Shown: positions 9,954-20,938 of the stretch, one piece after another
Layout of the letters: each line of letters opens with the position of its first letter
How positions within the stretch are numbered: position 1 is the first letter of the stretch
NCBI GenBank assembly: GCA_965263355.1
Contig: CBDHHL010000056.1
Span: forward strand, 1,664,001-1,728,000
Source of the DNA: Leptolyngbyaceae cyanobacterium
GTDB lineage: Bacteria > Cyanobacteriota > Cyanobacteriia > Phormidesmidales > Phormidesmidaceae
DNA: 64,000 nt
Direction: 5' to 3'
Translations under genes and position numbers: made by a program
Notes under the pieces: generated by a model
What the model saw: the letters and a program-made list of their open reading frames with translations, nothing else
Database searches by the model: none
What the model was told of the DNA's origin: nothing

Positions 9954-10515
9954 TTGGCTTAGTTACTACACAAAAGTTATTCATCCATACTTGGAAGTAT
10001 CTATGAATAAAATTAGTAAACTTACCATTTTGAACCAAACATTTTTTTAATCTTTCACGATTGTAGTAACGTTTGTGATCTCTAATTTCAGCTTCACTAA
10101 TAATACCTACTTTATAGGATAAAAATTCTAGAACAGGTTGAGCCCAAATAGAAGGTACGGTGAGTACTAACCTGCCTCCGGGGCGCAATACTCGGTAAAC
10201 CTCATTAATCATGCCAGCTTCATTAGAAATATGCTCTAAAACCGCTAGCATTGTAACGGTTGAAAATTGGGCATCGTCAAAGGGTAATCTATCCAAAAAT
10301 GTAAGTTTTTTCGTATAAATATTATCGTTTATCTTGCCATTATTGACTTTGAAATCAACTCCATGTCCTTCACTGATATGGGGAGCTACTGCCTGTAAAA
10401 AGGTTGCTGAGGCACCACACCCAATATCTAGTAAAGGCTGCCCCTTGAGAACATATGGCATCACCTTAAGCAAGCGAAATCGTCTTAGCAGAGGCTCTAG
10501 AAGTGGTTCTCGCAT
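9943..10515 (-). CDS. Class I SAM-dependent methyltransferase
   Basis: [21 protein letters not shown] and RVLRPGG; 11-bp overlap with the downstream GT2. Confidence 0.88.
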   Translation of the reverse strand: MREPLLEPLLRRFRLLKVMPYVLKGQPLLDIGCGASATFLQAVAPHISEGHGVDFKVNNGKINDNIYTKKLTFLDRLPFDDAQFSTVTMLAVLEHISNEAGMINEVYRVLRPGGRLVLTVPSIWAQPVLEFLSYKVGIISEAEIRDHKRYYNRERLKKCLVQNGKFTNFIHRYFQVWMNNFCVVTKPNEC

Positions 10516-10554
10516 AATAGTGTATCAAGGATAGATTTTTAAGATATCCAAGCG

Positions 10555-12501
10555 CTATAAAGGAGCCTTAGTAGCGCTCAATAAGTTATCAAAAGTACCA
10601 TAGGTTAACTTTAAGGACTTGCCCAGTTCATTAGCTGCGGCAAAGCTAAGATGATGCTGATCGTAGGTAAGTAATTTTTCCGAATCACCGTAGACAAGAT
10701 TGCACTGTTTCTCTGGACAATAGAAGTCTAGCTTGGAAACGTAGGCCAACCCATGCTCTGATGCAACTTTTCTAATAGCCTGATCTTGCACCACTAATTT
10801 ATACTCAAAAATCTCTTCAAATTCCTCTTCAGAAAACGAGGTACTTCTCTTACGAATCACCGTATCAGGCAAGTCATACTTAAATCCTGGAGCATTACCA
10901 AAAAATAAAGTTTTTTCTAGCAACTTTTCTGGCAAAAGATTCAAAAAGTTGATGAGAGTTTCAGGTTGAAAATGGAGATAGTAGCTAGAGATGACTAGAT
11001 AATCTACATTTTCATAATTAGACGCCATAGCAAGATTATCCAATAGCTGTAGGCACTTATCATAGTTGGGATGCCCTAGATCCGCCATTTGCCTAAAGTC
11101 ATTAGATAGCATAGGTGGGCATCCAGGCACCGACTGCAAAATGTAGTAGAAATCTGGAAAATGAGGTTGTAAAATATTGAGCCCATCAATTCCATGACTG
11201 TCACCTAAAATCAACACAACGGGCTGTTCAGCATCAGAAGGGATTACTTCACAAGCGTTCCACCCACGATCAACACAGTTCTGTTTTTGTAGATGAAATC
11301 TATAATCTTTCTCATTTTGAATTTCCAATGAGATCTCTGCAATATTACTCGGAAATCGTTGTGGATATCCTTGACTAGACCAAGCATGAGAAAATACTAA
11401 AACGGCAGGAAAAATCAAAATCAAAGTAAATAAAAGACTACCATTTATAAAATTATTTTCAACAAAGAACTGACGTTTTCTAATAGGACTTTCAATCACA
11501 TATGTGGTTACTATTGCCAAAATCAAGGTTATAACTGCAATAGCAACACCGCTAACCAAGTCTATATCTGGAGAAATTTTCTTCTTAAAGAGAACGATCA
11601 ATGGCCAATGGTACAAATAAAATGCGTAGGATATTTTGCCTAGAAATACTAACGGTTGATTCGCCAGCAGCCGAGTACAAATCTTTGATTTTTTACCAAA
11701 GTAAATAATGACTGCTGTCAAAAGACATGGGATAAGCACAATCCATCCCGGAAAATGATAGCTAATGCCTTCTGCAGATATGAGCACTAGAATTAAAGTA
11801 AATAGTGCAAAAGATGCTAGTACAGACAAGTTTGAAAATTGAGCAGATTGTTTGGGTTCAAATTTTAACCAACATAAAAATGCTCCTATGGCAAACTCAC
11901 TGATCCTAAACGGTGTGAGATAAAAGGCCATACTTGGATCATTGATTGAAACCAACCAGGTCACTGTCGAACCTAGAAGTATTGTCAATAAAATAGCTAA
12001 AGGTTGGTGCTTAGGGCTAATCTTTTGACAGATGAAGACGATGAAGAAAGGCCATATCAAATAGAATTGCGCTTCTACAGCTAAAGACCAGGTATGCAGT
12101 AATAATTGGGACTCAGAAGCGACATCAAAATATCCAGAGTTTAAATAAAAATAAATGTTAGAAACAGATAGCAATGAATAAACTGATGTTTTAGAAAACT
12201 CAGTCAGTTCAGCTGGAGTTAAAATGAATAGGCCAATAACTAATACCAATAAAAGCGTTGTTAGCAAACAGGGTAATAGTCTCTTTATGCGGCGGTAGTA
12301 AAACTCTAAAAAATTGAATGAGTGAGATGCCACCTTCCTTTTTATTATCCCTGTTATTAGATAACCGCTAATAACAAAAAAGATATCGACACCGAGAAAA
12401 CCACCTTTAAATATTTCAGGATTGAGATGGTAGATCAACACAAGGATGACAGCAATCCCTCTTAGTCCATCAACATAGGGATAATACTTTGACTTATTCA
12501 T
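10555..12501 (-). CDS. Acyltransferase-3 plus SGNH domain O-acetyltransferase (OafA-like)
   Basis: DGLRGIAV, GFLGVDIFFVISGYLIT, RRIKRLLP and HTWSLAVEAQFY; C-terminal GDSH and DQHH SGNH motifs. Confidence 0.9.
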   Translation of the reverse strand: MNKSKYYPYVDGLRGIAVILVLIYHLNPEIFKGGFLGVDIFFVISGYLITGIIKRKVASHSFNFLEFYYRRIKRLLPCLLTTLLLVLVIGLFILTPAELTEFSKTSVYSLLSVSNIYFYLNSGYFDVASESQLLLHTWSLAVEAQFYLIWPFFIVFICQKISPKHQPLAILLTILLGSTVTWLVSINDPSMAFYLTPFRISEFAIGAFLCWLKFEPKQSAQFSNLSVLASFALFTLILVLISAEGISYHFPGWIVLIPCLLTAVIIYFGKKSKICTRLLANQPLVFLGKISYAFYLYHWPLIVLFKKKISPDIDLVSGVAIAVITLILAIVTTYVIESPIRKRQFFVENNFINGSLLFTLILIFPAVLVFSHAWSSQGYPQRFPSNIAEISLEIQNEKDYRFHLQKQNCVDRGWNACEVIPSDAEQPVVLILGDSHGIDGLNILQPHFPDFYYILQSVPGCPPMLSNDFRQMADLGHPNYDKCLQLLDNLAMASNYENVDYLVISSYYLHFQPETLINFLNLLPEKLLEKTLFFGNAPGFKYDLPDTVIRKRSTSFSEEEFEEIFEYKLVVQDQAIRKVASEHGLAYVSKLDFYCPEKQCNLVYGDSEKLLTYDQHHLSFAAANELGKSLKLTYGTFDNLLSATKAPL

Positions 12502-12687
12502 AGGATTGACCAAAGCCTTTTAACCCAAAAATGTCTGCTACTAAAACAAGCTAACAGTATCACTAGCTCTTGCTGCAAATATGCAATCCCCTATATGGGG
12601 CGAACTATTATCCATCATGAAATAATCAGGTAAAATCATCACTCAAAGCACTGTATCATTTTGACGGATAATGCCGCTCAACCTCAA

Positions 12688-13614
12688 ATGCTTTATTTTT
12701 TAACGATTAACTATTACTCCACTGATTTATTAGGTCAGCTGTTGCAATCCATAAAACAGGTATCTTCCCAAATTTCATACAACATTATTATTGTCAATAA
12801 CTCTCCCGACGACAAATCAGTTTATGACTTACAGCAAAAATTTGAAAAAATAACTGTTCTCACGGCTACAGAAAACTTGGGATTTGGTGGTGGCTGTAAC
12901 CTCGGCTTAGAACATGTTTATAAACAAGATTCAAATGGTTGGGTATGGCTCATTAATCCAGATGCATTGTTGGTTGCCAATGCAGCCTCATATGTCCAAA
13001 ACTGCTTTAAGCTACGTCCTAATCTCAGTATTTTAGGTACCCGTATTAAAGCCAGTGAAGACGACCTTTGGTTTGCCCAGGGACGCTTTAACTGGTGGAC
13101 AGGTTCTCTTAAACATCGTCTACCCAATGCTAATACGGCAGAACATCCGGTCAAGGTGCTGCCTAGTCGTTGGGTATCAGGCTGTAGTATGATCTTTAAC
13201 TTACAACAGTTTGATAGCTGTCCTCTGTTTGATCTCAATTTTTTCTTGGATTATGAGGATATCGAAATCTGCGAACGCTTCTATCGGCAAGGTCATACTG
13301 TTGGTGTCACGCAAGCTGTATTGGTAAACCATGCAGTATCTGCCATTACCAATCGCAACCGACGAGCCAAGTTTCGCCATGCCACATTTAGTAAACTGTA
13401 TTTTCTGTACAAGCATGGTTCTTGGCTAGCCCTGGGCCTAAATGTGATTTACATGCTGGCTTGGAGTATCAGGTTGATTTGTGGGGCCGATCGGGAAGTG
13501 GGGATTGGGCGTTTGCAGGGTTGGGTCGATTTTCTTGGCTGGTATCTAAAATCTCTCACCAAACAGCTATCGTCAGAACCGTTTCGCCCGTCTACGGCGT
13601 TTACTCAGTTGTAA
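12688..13614 (+). CDS. GT2 glycosyltransferase (WbbL/rhamnosyltransferase-like)
   Basis: NLGFGGGCNLG, LINPDA, WVSGCSM and FFLDYEDIE; lies opposite to the rest of the cluster. Confidence 0.85.
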   Translation: MLYFLTINYYSTDLLGQLLQSIKQVSSQISYNIIIVNNSPDDKSVYDLQQKFEKITVLTATENLGFGGGCNLGLEHVYKQDSNGWVWLINPDALLVANAASYVQNCFKLRPNLSILGTRIKASEDDLWFAQGRFNWWTGSLKHRLPNANTAEHPVKVLPSRWVSGCSMIFNLQQFDSCPLFDLNFFLDYEDIEICERFYRQGHTVGVTQAVLVNHAVSAITNRNRRAKFRHATFSKLYFLYKHGSWLALGLNVIYMLAWSIRLICGADREVGIGRLQGWVDFLGWYLKSLTKQLSSEPFRPSTAFTQL

Positions 13615-14454
13615 CAAACGTATTATTAGATGGTAGGCAGTTTGGGGATAGGCGTACCACGGACAATAGTGCAAAATGATGTATGCGATCGCACTCAAAA
13701 ACAAATGAGACTTTGGATGGAAAAAGGCATACCTAAGCCCAGCAATGCTGCTCAAATCCTGTTGTTTCTGTTCCGCAGAAAAGTCATCCTTAAGTACCAC
13801 ATGGGGGGCAACATACGCTTGAAATCCATAGTTTCTAGCTCTCAGGAGAAATTCTGAGTCAGCATGATAGTGGGGTAAAAACTTAGCTTGATACAAACCT
13901 ACCCTTTCAAACACATTGCGATGGATCAGCACCCCATCTCCAGGCAACGTATCAACCGGAATTACCTCCTGGGCCAGGATATCAGCAGGTAATTCCGCAA
14001 GATTAACATCATGATGCTGCAATCGGAGAAAATTTGGTGTTCCCCACATCAGCTGTGTTCCCAATGCCCACACCCTATCCGATGGCGTTAGATAATCAAT
14101 CCGATTTCCTAAAATAGACAGCTCATGGAATTGTGCCAAAGTAACTAAGCGTTGTACATGGTCAGGGCTAACCATTGCATCGTCATTGATGGTCAACACA
14201 TAGTCATACTTTTGTTCCAGAGCATAATTCACCCCAGCATTTGTCGCCCCAGCCCAATATTGTTGATTATCAACCCGTAATACCCTCACATCAACATATT
14301 GCTGTTGTACTTTTTCAGCCGTCCCATCTGGAGAATTGGAGTCCACCACCACTATGGTTAAATCAGCATAGGTCTGCCCAACAAAATGCTGTAAAAATCG
14401 CTGGGTTTTGAGCCAACGATTGTAGGTAGGCACAATAGCAGCAACTCTCACCAT
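13573..14454 (-). CDS. GT2 glycosyltransferase
   Basis: IVPTYNR, VVDSNSPDG, WAGATNAG, INDD and HYHADSEF. Confidence 0.85.
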   Translation of the reverse strand: MVRVAAIVPTYNRWLKTQRFLQHFVGQTYADLTIVVVDSNSPDGTAEKVQQQYVDVRVLRVDNQQYWAGATNAGVNYALEQKYDYVLTINDDAMVSPDHVQRLVTLAQFHELSILGNRIDYLTPSDRVWALGTQLMWGTPNFLRLQHHDVNLAELPADILAQEVIPVDTLPGDGVLIHRNVFERVGLYQAKFLPHYHADSEFLLRARNYGFQAYVAPHVVLKDDFSAEQKQQDLSSIAGLRYAFFHPKSHLFLSAIAYIILHYCPWYAYPQTAYHLIIRLLQLSKRRRRAKRF

Positions 14455-16223
14455 TAGCTTCGCCTACGTTCGTCTGGCCAAGCCAACTGAAAAAAGGGAC
14501 GACGTAGCGATAAATTAGGGTTATAGTACGGATCATTCACCATGTAGTGGGTATCCGCAAACCGCCTATGGAGCCGCTCCAATTCCCCAGGCCTTAGTTT
14601 ACTCACACGACTGACAGACTCATAGTGAAACAATTTCGCATAGGGCGTAAATACATTACGGTAGCCAGCCTGATGAGCCCGTAGACACAGATCTACATCG
14701 TTGTAGCTGAGGGGAAAGCTTTCATCAAATCCATCGAGTTCCTCAAACACTCTGCGACGCATCATCAAACAGGCTCCAGTAACACCCAGATAATTACGAT
14801 TCACAACATTAGAACCATAATAGCCGTCATGCTTGCCTGAACCATTATGAAATGCATGGCTAGGATTGCCTGCCAAAATCACCATACCCGCATGCTGTAA
14901 ACGACCATTCGGATAAAATAATTTTGCACCAACAGCTGCAATGTCTTCTTGTTGGGCCAGCTCCAACATCGCCTCAATCCAGTCAGGGGTAATGACTTCT
15001 ATATCATCATTCAGCATGAGCAATACATCTCCCCCGGCTGCCGTAGCTCCCAGATTTATACGCCGTGAAAAGTTAAAGGGCTGATTACAACGCACAAGTT
15101 TTAGCTCAGCCCCCTGCACCATGTCTAAATATATTTGGGGAATATCGTAACCATCCACCAAAATAATTTCAAAGTTCTTATAGGTACTCCTGCGACGGAT
15201 ACTATCAATACATTGCACCAGCAAACATACTTGCTGACCCTTAATTTTCAAACAGGCTCCTGCACTAGGAATGATGATACTCACTCGGGGATTGCCCTGG
15301 ATATGGCGACGGATTATAAAAAAACCAGGTTTCTTAGGATAAGGCTTTACCGTACCTGGGTAGTTACTTCGGTCTACAGCATCCTGCAATGCTCTCTGAG
15401 CAGCGTCATTAGCCCAAGGGATTGCCTGCGTTCCAAAGATAGACAACGATGATGATAGCCGTTTGTGATACAACACCTTTGGAATATGGTGGATGCGACG
15501 AGTTTTTTCGGTCAGACGTAATATAAGATCCCAATTTTGAGCACCATCATAGTCACTACGAAAACCACCTAGCCGACGCACCAGCCTAGTACGATAAACC
15601 CCTAGATGACAGACAGACAGACAAGCCTGGCAATAATCAGGTGACCAGTCAGGCTTAAAAAATGGATTCTTACGGTTTCCCCAGGATGTTATTTGATCGT
15701 TATCTGTGTAAATAAAGTCGGTATCTGGCTCGATATTCAGATATTTAACAACTTCATACAGAGCATTAGTCGCCAACTCATCACTGCATTCTAATAAAGT
15801 AAAAAAATCTCCTTTAGCTATCTTCAGCGCCCTATTTAGGTTTAGGGCAGCAGAAAAACTGCTATTTTCGTCACTGCCAATCATATCAATTCGTTCATCA
15901 GCTAGAAAATCTATCAAGAGTGAACGAATGTGGGTAGATACAGAAACAGCCTCAACAATAACAATACATAATTGCCAATGACCATACTGCTGGTTAAGAA
16001 CCGATTCAATTGCCTTAATCAACCAGGCAGAATTAGCATTATAAATAGGTAATAAAATAGAAATCAGAGGTCTGTTGCGGAGAACTGCCTCGCTCTTCTC
16101 TTCTGAAATCGAAGTAATCCACCGGTTATAGTTAGGAGATGTTAGCCTACATCGAAGACGTTGATATAGACTCTTAACGCCGCCAGTTTTTACAATCTCA
16201 ACAATTTGCGAAAGGCCAACCAA
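14454..16223 (-). CDS. Two-domain GT2 glycosyltransferase (O-antigen biosynthesis type)
   Basis: FFKPDWSPD, FNFSRRINLG, LNDDIEV, GVTGACL and YNDVDLCL; TTG start. The first domain looks degenerate. Confidence 0.88.
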   Translation of the reverse strand: MVGLSQIVEIVKTGGVKSLYQRLRCRLTSPNYNRWITSISEEKSEAVLRNRPLISILLPIYNANSAWLIKAIESVLNQQYGHWQLCIVIVEAVSVSTHIRSLLIDFLADERIDMIGSDENSSFSAALNLNRALKIAKGDFFTLLECSDELATNALYEVVKYLNIEPDTDFIYTDNDQITSWGNRKNPFFKPDWSPDYCQACLSVCHLGVYRTRLVRRLGGFRSDYDGAQNWDLILRLTEKTRRIHHIPKVLYHKRLSSSLSIFGTQAIPWANDAAQRALQDAVDRSNYPGTVKPYPKKPGFFIIRRHIQGNPRVSIIIPSAGACLKIKGQQVCLLVQCIDSIRRRSTYKNFEIILVDGYDIPQIYLDMVQGAELKLVRCNQPFNFSRRINLGATAAGGDVLLMLNDDIEVITPDWIEAMLELAQQEDIAAVGAKLFYPNGRLQHAGMVILAGNPSHAFHNGSGKHDGYYGSNVVNRNYLGVTGACLMMRRRVFEELDGFDESFPLSYNDVDLCLRAHQAGYRNVFTPYAKLFHYESVSRVSKLRPGELERLHRRFADTHYMVNDPYYNPNLSLRRPFFQLAWPDERRRS

Positions 16224-16422
16224 AACAATTAAACAACCTTACTAGAAGCTTATTATAATCAACTAATTGATATCAGATATGCAAAGAGATATATCAACCA
16301 TATCTTGAGAAAAGAACCACTAGAAAATATCAGACAGACTTGCTATGGAAAATCTATTCTAAGATCTCTTTGTTCTTTACAAAGCATATCCACCTACTCT
16401 AATTAGATAGAGTCTTTCCCTA

Positions 16423-18534
16423 TCAATCAACTACCCTTGCTAAAACATCAGCAATCTTAGGTGATATTTTAGCTAAAGAATAGCTTTCCTTTGCTTTATT
16501 GAACCCGTTTTTTGAAAGCATTTGCCAGTCCTTTTCTGAACGATATAACTTCAGAATGTTCTCCGAAAATCCATGGGGGTCATCAGCAACAGCAACATTC
16601 AAACCATCCACTAACCCCATACCCTCAACTGCGATTGAAGTTGCAACAACGGGTACACCAAAACTCAAACTAGAAACAATTTTTCCCTTCATGCCTGCAC
16701 CATATCTCAATGGTGCAATAGATAACCTAACTCTCTCAAATAACGTATGGAGTTCAGGGACAAAGCCTTCTACTAGAATATCTGCCGATGCTAATGCCCT
16801 AATATGATCCGGGATATTAGAACCGGCAATAATAAAACGGCAGTCTGGTAAGCTTTTCTTAACTAAATTCCAGATATCAGCAACAAAATATTCAACAGCA
16901 TCAATATTAGGAGTATGGGCAAATCCTCCTAAAAAACAAATATCTTGTCTAGACTGAAAACCATTTTTAGATCCTGGAACAGCATGTGGAATAGGGACAA
17001 CATCCGTTTTAGCCAAGGGAAGATATTGCTTGACTATTTTTTCTTCTTCCCCAGTCACTAAAAGAGTGAGATCAGATTTTTCAATAATCCCTAGTTCTTC
17101 ACTTTTCAAGTTCTCTAGATAGCTTTTAGCTGTTTCCGACACATTACCATTCAATGCATTTTCCCTAGATTCCCGCAAAAAATGTAAATCGACTGTATTA
17201 AAAATTATTTTTGATTGGGGAGCATAGGCTTTTACATCTTCAAGCGTTTTAGACGCCACTGGCAAACGGGATAAAACAACCACATCAAGCTGATGGCCAT
17301 AGACTTGAAGATAATTCACTAAAGACTTCATATACGGCCAATACAAACACTGAATGCCTAAACGTTGCAAATCTTCAGTATGTTTAGCTACATATCGCTG
17401 CTTGAAAAATGGAATAAATGTGATTCCCCAACCATGCTCATGGGCGCTTTGAATAAAATTAAATGCATAGACTGAGCCAGCATCTTGATCAGGTGTCAGC
17501 GTTAAAGCATCTATCCACAGCAGGGTACGTTGTTTATATGGCTTCCAAACAGAAAATGTTGACGATGCAGGCTTTGGCCTTCGAACCAACTCATGCTTCC
17601 ATCTATCTTGAAACTTAGACTGATTGAGAGACTGATATTTTTTTACACCCGACGATAAGTCAGTCCCTGAACTAACGCCTTCAAAATGAACCACTTTTGA
17701 GAAAGGGGTATAAATGACTTTATACCCAGCTTCCCTCACTCGAAATGCTAGATCAGCATCCTCATAGTAGGCAGGCGTATAACGTTCATCAAACCCACCA
17801 AGCTGATACCAAAGGCATTTTGAAATAGCTATGGAAGCCCCAGAACAGTAATCAACCTCCCGAATGAAATTGTATCTATAATCATTGGGATCACCGTTGC
17901 GACCATAGTTCCATCCTGATGCGTCTTCAAAGACAAACCCACCTGCTTCTTGTAAGGTGCCGTCTGGATATAACAACATAGACCCAACTAATCCAATGCT
18001 GTCATCCTTAACTAAAGGAGTGAGTAATTCTGACAACCAATCAGAAAAGGGGGCTGTATCGTTATTGAGAAAAATAATATGCTTACCCCTAGCGACTTTT
18101 GCCGCATTGTTGCAATTAAGCAAAAATCCAAGGGTTTTAGGATTACGGACATAGATGAGACCATCAATTAACTTTGAAATACGTTGCGTCTCATCCGTAG
18201 AGCAATCATCTGCCAGAATCACTTCAAATGTATAGTGAGTTTCTTGACAAGATAGGGCTCTTAGACATCGCAATGTATATTCAATCTTATTAAAGACTGG
18301 CACGATAACAGTGACATCTGGTTCGCTAACAAATTTAAACGCAAACCTTTTAGCTTCATCATAGAACTCATCTATAACGATTGCTTTCCCTAAAGCTTTT
18401 TCTATTCTTTCAGCTACATATGCCGACTTACTTCGAGCATAGTTTAGATCTATCAACTTAAATCGAACACGTTGATAAAGTCCTCTAAATCCCTCTCTAC
18501 TTACAATGTCAACGATACTTGAAAAACTAACCAA
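16423..18534 (-). CDS. GT2-GT4 fusion glycosyltransferase (paralogue A)
   Basis: GT2 motifs ADDCSTD, FLNNDT, DYCSGA, YYEDADL followed by GT4 motifs GGFAHTPNIDA and APLRYGAGMKGK. Confidence 0.9.
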   Translation of the reverse strand: MVSFSSIVDIVSREGFRGLYQRVRFKLIDLNYARSKSAYVAERIEKALGKAIVIDEFYDEAKRFAFKFVSEPDVTVIVPVFNKIEYTLRCLRALSCQETHYTFEVILADDCSTDETQRISKLIDGLIYVRNPKTLGFLLNCNNAAKVARGKHIIFLNNDTAPFSDWLSELLTPLVKDDSIGLVGSMLLYPDGTLQEAGGFVFEDASGWNYGRNGDPNDYRYNFIREVDYCSGASIAISKCLWYQLGGFDERYTPAYYEDADLAFRVREAGYKVIYTPFSKVVHFEGVSSGTDLSSGVKKYQSLNQSKFQDRWKHELVRRPKPASSTFSVWKPYKQRTLLWIDALTLTPDQDAGSVYAFNFIQSAHEHGWGITFIPFFKQRYVAKHTEDLQRLGIQCLYWPYMKSLVNYLQVYGHQLDVVVLSRLPVASKTLEDVKAYAPQSKIIFNTVDLHFLRESRENALNGNVSETAKSYLENLKSEELGIIEKSDLTLLVTGEEEKIVKQYLPLAKTDVVPIPHAVPGSKNGFQSRQDICFLGGFAHTPNIDAVEYFVADIWNLVKKSLPDCRFIIAGSNIPDHIRALASADILVEGFVPELHTLFERVRLSIAPLRYGAGMKGKIVSSLSFGVPVVATSIAVEGMGLVDGLNVAVADDPHGFSENILKLYRSEKDWQMLSKNGFNKAKESYSLAKISPKIADVLARVVD

Positions 18535-18632
18535 AACAACTAAACAGCCTCACTGATAAACCAGTATATGGAGCAATCTATATAGGGTATTCAACAAGAA
18601 ACACTAACTTCTATTCTCAGGAAGAAGATACA

Positions 18633-19757
18633 TCAAGTTGCAACCTTTTCCAACCAAATATTTCCACCTGTATTTTTCAAACAGTTCGCCATATTTTCTT
18701 GCAACCAGTTTCGATGGAACTGAGCAATAAAATCTGAGAATAATCGAATTTCAAACTTTTGGTTGTACTGCAAAAAAGAGCGAAGAATATATTGTTCACT
18801 CCATGCCCTACCATCATCTAGCCACTTATCAGGATATTCAAATGGATAAAACACATCATGAATATGAATAAAGACTCCTTTATTTAGAGACGGCAAAATC
18901 TCAAAAAATATCTGATTAACGTCACTGCCGGCTTTACTCACATGGGTTGAATCGATAAAAAGAATATCGCCAGCTACTAATTTAGAAAAGAACGAGAGAT
19001 CTACATTTTGTAATGGCTTATCTATAATCTGTATACGCTCTTTATCGCCAGGTTTCAGTAGAGATTGCAAAAGTTGAGGATAGGGTTCAATAAAAGTACA
19101 GTTTATTGAATTTTCAAAAAATAGCTCATTGGTATCTAGGGTCATGCATGAAGAGTAACCAGAACCAATTTCAATAATATTCTTAGGCTTTAAATATCTA
19201 ATAAAGCAGTTCAGAAATATAGAGTCTGCATAGGAGTAAGCTGGATTTTTATAGTAAAATCTGTGAATATTATTTTTCTCTGATGAGAAAGGCAATTGTC
19301 GATAAAAGTCTTTGAATAACTCAAGCAATAGTAATTGAGCGTCTTCATTCAGTTTAATCCCTGGTAATGTCTTAGCCGCAGCAGTACGTTGCCTTTTAGC
19401 CAGGGCTCTATTTTCTAAGGAAGGAATACATGAATAGAAATGGCCAGGATGAACAAACTCTTTATTCCTTTTTCTAGACTTAAACTCCTGGGATGAAAAT
19501 AGACTACTGACAAACTCAATTCGGCTCATACCAGCATTAAGCTTATTCACATAAAAAGCTTTTGACTTTCTAGCAATATTACAGTCAAAAATCTGCTGAT
19601 AACAGATCTCAACAAAATCAGCATTATTCAAATTTTCTAATGCTTCGGTATTTTTTGGAGCAGACTTATCTAGGTCCTTATCAAGAGTCTGATTTCCGAT
19701 AAAAACATTAAAAATCAGTGATTTTATAGCAGGTTTTATTTTTTTGAAGAGTGCCAT
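18633..19757 (-). CDS. DUF4214-like domain plus class I SAM methyltransferase (Methyltransf_24-like)
   Basis: N-terminal NNADFVEICYQQIF...SLFSSQEF; IIEIGSGYSS, LFIDSTHV and HIHDVF. Confidence 0.8.
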   Translation of the reverse strand: MALFKKIKPAIKSLIFNVFIGNQTLDKDLDKSAPKNTEALENLNNADFVEICYQQIFDCNIARKSKAFYVNKLNAGMSRIEFVSSLFSSQEFKSRKRNKEFVHPGHFYSCIPSLENRALAKRQRTAAAKTLPGIKLNEDAQLLLLELFKDFYRQLPFSSEKNNIHRFYYKNPAYSYADSIFLNCFIRYLKPKNIIEIGSGYSSCMTLDTNELFFENSINCTFIEPYPQLLQSLLKPGDKERIQIIDKPLQNVDLSFFSKLVAGDILFIDSTHVSKAGSDVNQIFFEILPSLNKGVFIHIHDVFYPFEYPDKWLDDGRAWSEQYILRSFLQYNQKFEIRLFSDFIAQFHRNWLQENMANCLKNTGGNIWLEKVAT

Positions 19758-20012
19758 AAATCTAAACTAGAAATATTGTCCCAAACACGTCCTTAAAACA
19801 TTGTTTGGATAACAGCTATTAGCATCAACACCGTTATGAATCCCCTTTAACTTGCCTTAAAGGCTAACTCTCAAAAATCTGTGATGAACCATCACACTAC
19901 TTTCTAAAGTCTAAAAACCAGCTCTTATCCATAAATATTACTATCATTTTAGTATCGGGATAGATGCAATAGTAAGTAATACATCCAAAGCACGATACCC
20001 CACAGTCAGTTA

Positions 20013-20891
20013 CTACTTAACAGCAAGGATTGGGAGACTCCAATTGACCTTATGTAATATCCCATATTGCAATATGTCTGAGTCAAAATAGTCAAACTTT
20101 TGAAACCCTGTTGCGTCTAGTTTTTGACTAATGTCATTTCGACAGAAAACACGCATCTCTAAAGTTGTACCTGGACCTCCATGAAACACTAGGTTCTTAT
20201 AAACCTGAAACTCTCCATTTTTAATCTGATTGACCAAAATATATTCTTTTTCTTGGAATTTTATAACTTGATACTCATTCAAATCAGGAAAATGCTCGGT
20301 GGTTTCTTCCTCATTGGTAAACGGTACGGTTAAAACCAAAATCCCACCGGGTTTTAGCAAATTATAAGCACCCTCAAATGCTCTAATAGAAGGTGGTGGA
20401 ACATGTTCAAAGACATCGCTAGAAATAATAAAGTCATACTTTCCAAAATCCTGTTCGGAAGGATTAACAATATCTAAATAAGGTTTTTGATGAAAGAATG
20501 TATTGGTATAGTCAAACTTATTTCTAAGTTCTCGGGCGTAGCCTTCCCAATCACTTAATCCAATACCTTTTATGTTGCTGTTATGGGGAAAATCGCAGAG
20601 AACTAGAGATTTACCAAAAAGATGAAGGCTCAATAAATGGATAATTGATCTCATACGTACCGTTGAGCCACAGTTGACACAAGATTGTACTTCTCTGTCA
20701 ATTTTCTCAGCAGCACAAGTATTGGAGGTTCCACAAATATTACAGATAAATTCTATTTGACCTGAGTCTGTTCCACTTAAAGGCATAGGTCTATTCACAG
20801 AAAATTTTGTTTTTATGCGGCGGAGTAACGCTGTCAGCCTGGACATAGGAAAGGGGAAATAAGACAATAAACTGCAGTATAATTGCGCCAA
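20013..20891 (-). CDS. Methyltransferase-domain protein with N-terminal CxxC...CxxC
   Basis: CNIC...CVNC; YDFIISSDVFEHV and LLKPGGILVLTVP. True start may be ATG 20846. Confidence 0.78.
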   Translation of the reverse strand: MAQLYCSLLSYFPFPMSRLTALLRRIKTKFSVNRPMPLSGTDSGQIEFICNICGTSNTCAAEKIDREVQSCVNCGSTVRMRSIIHLLSLHLFGKSLVLCDFPHNSNIKGIGLSDWEGYARELRNKFDYTNTFFHQKPYLDIVNPSEQDFGKYDFIISSDVFEHVPPPSIRAFEGAYNLLKPGGILVLTVPFTNEEETTEHFPDLNEYQVIKFQEKEYILVNQIKNGEFQVYKNLVFHGGPGTTLEMRVFCRNDISQKLDATGFQKFDYFDSDILQYGILHKVNWSLPILAVK

Positions 20892-20938
20892 ATTATTTTA
20901 ATTACTAAATAGCACTTAGTTTGTGAAAACTACTTTTC

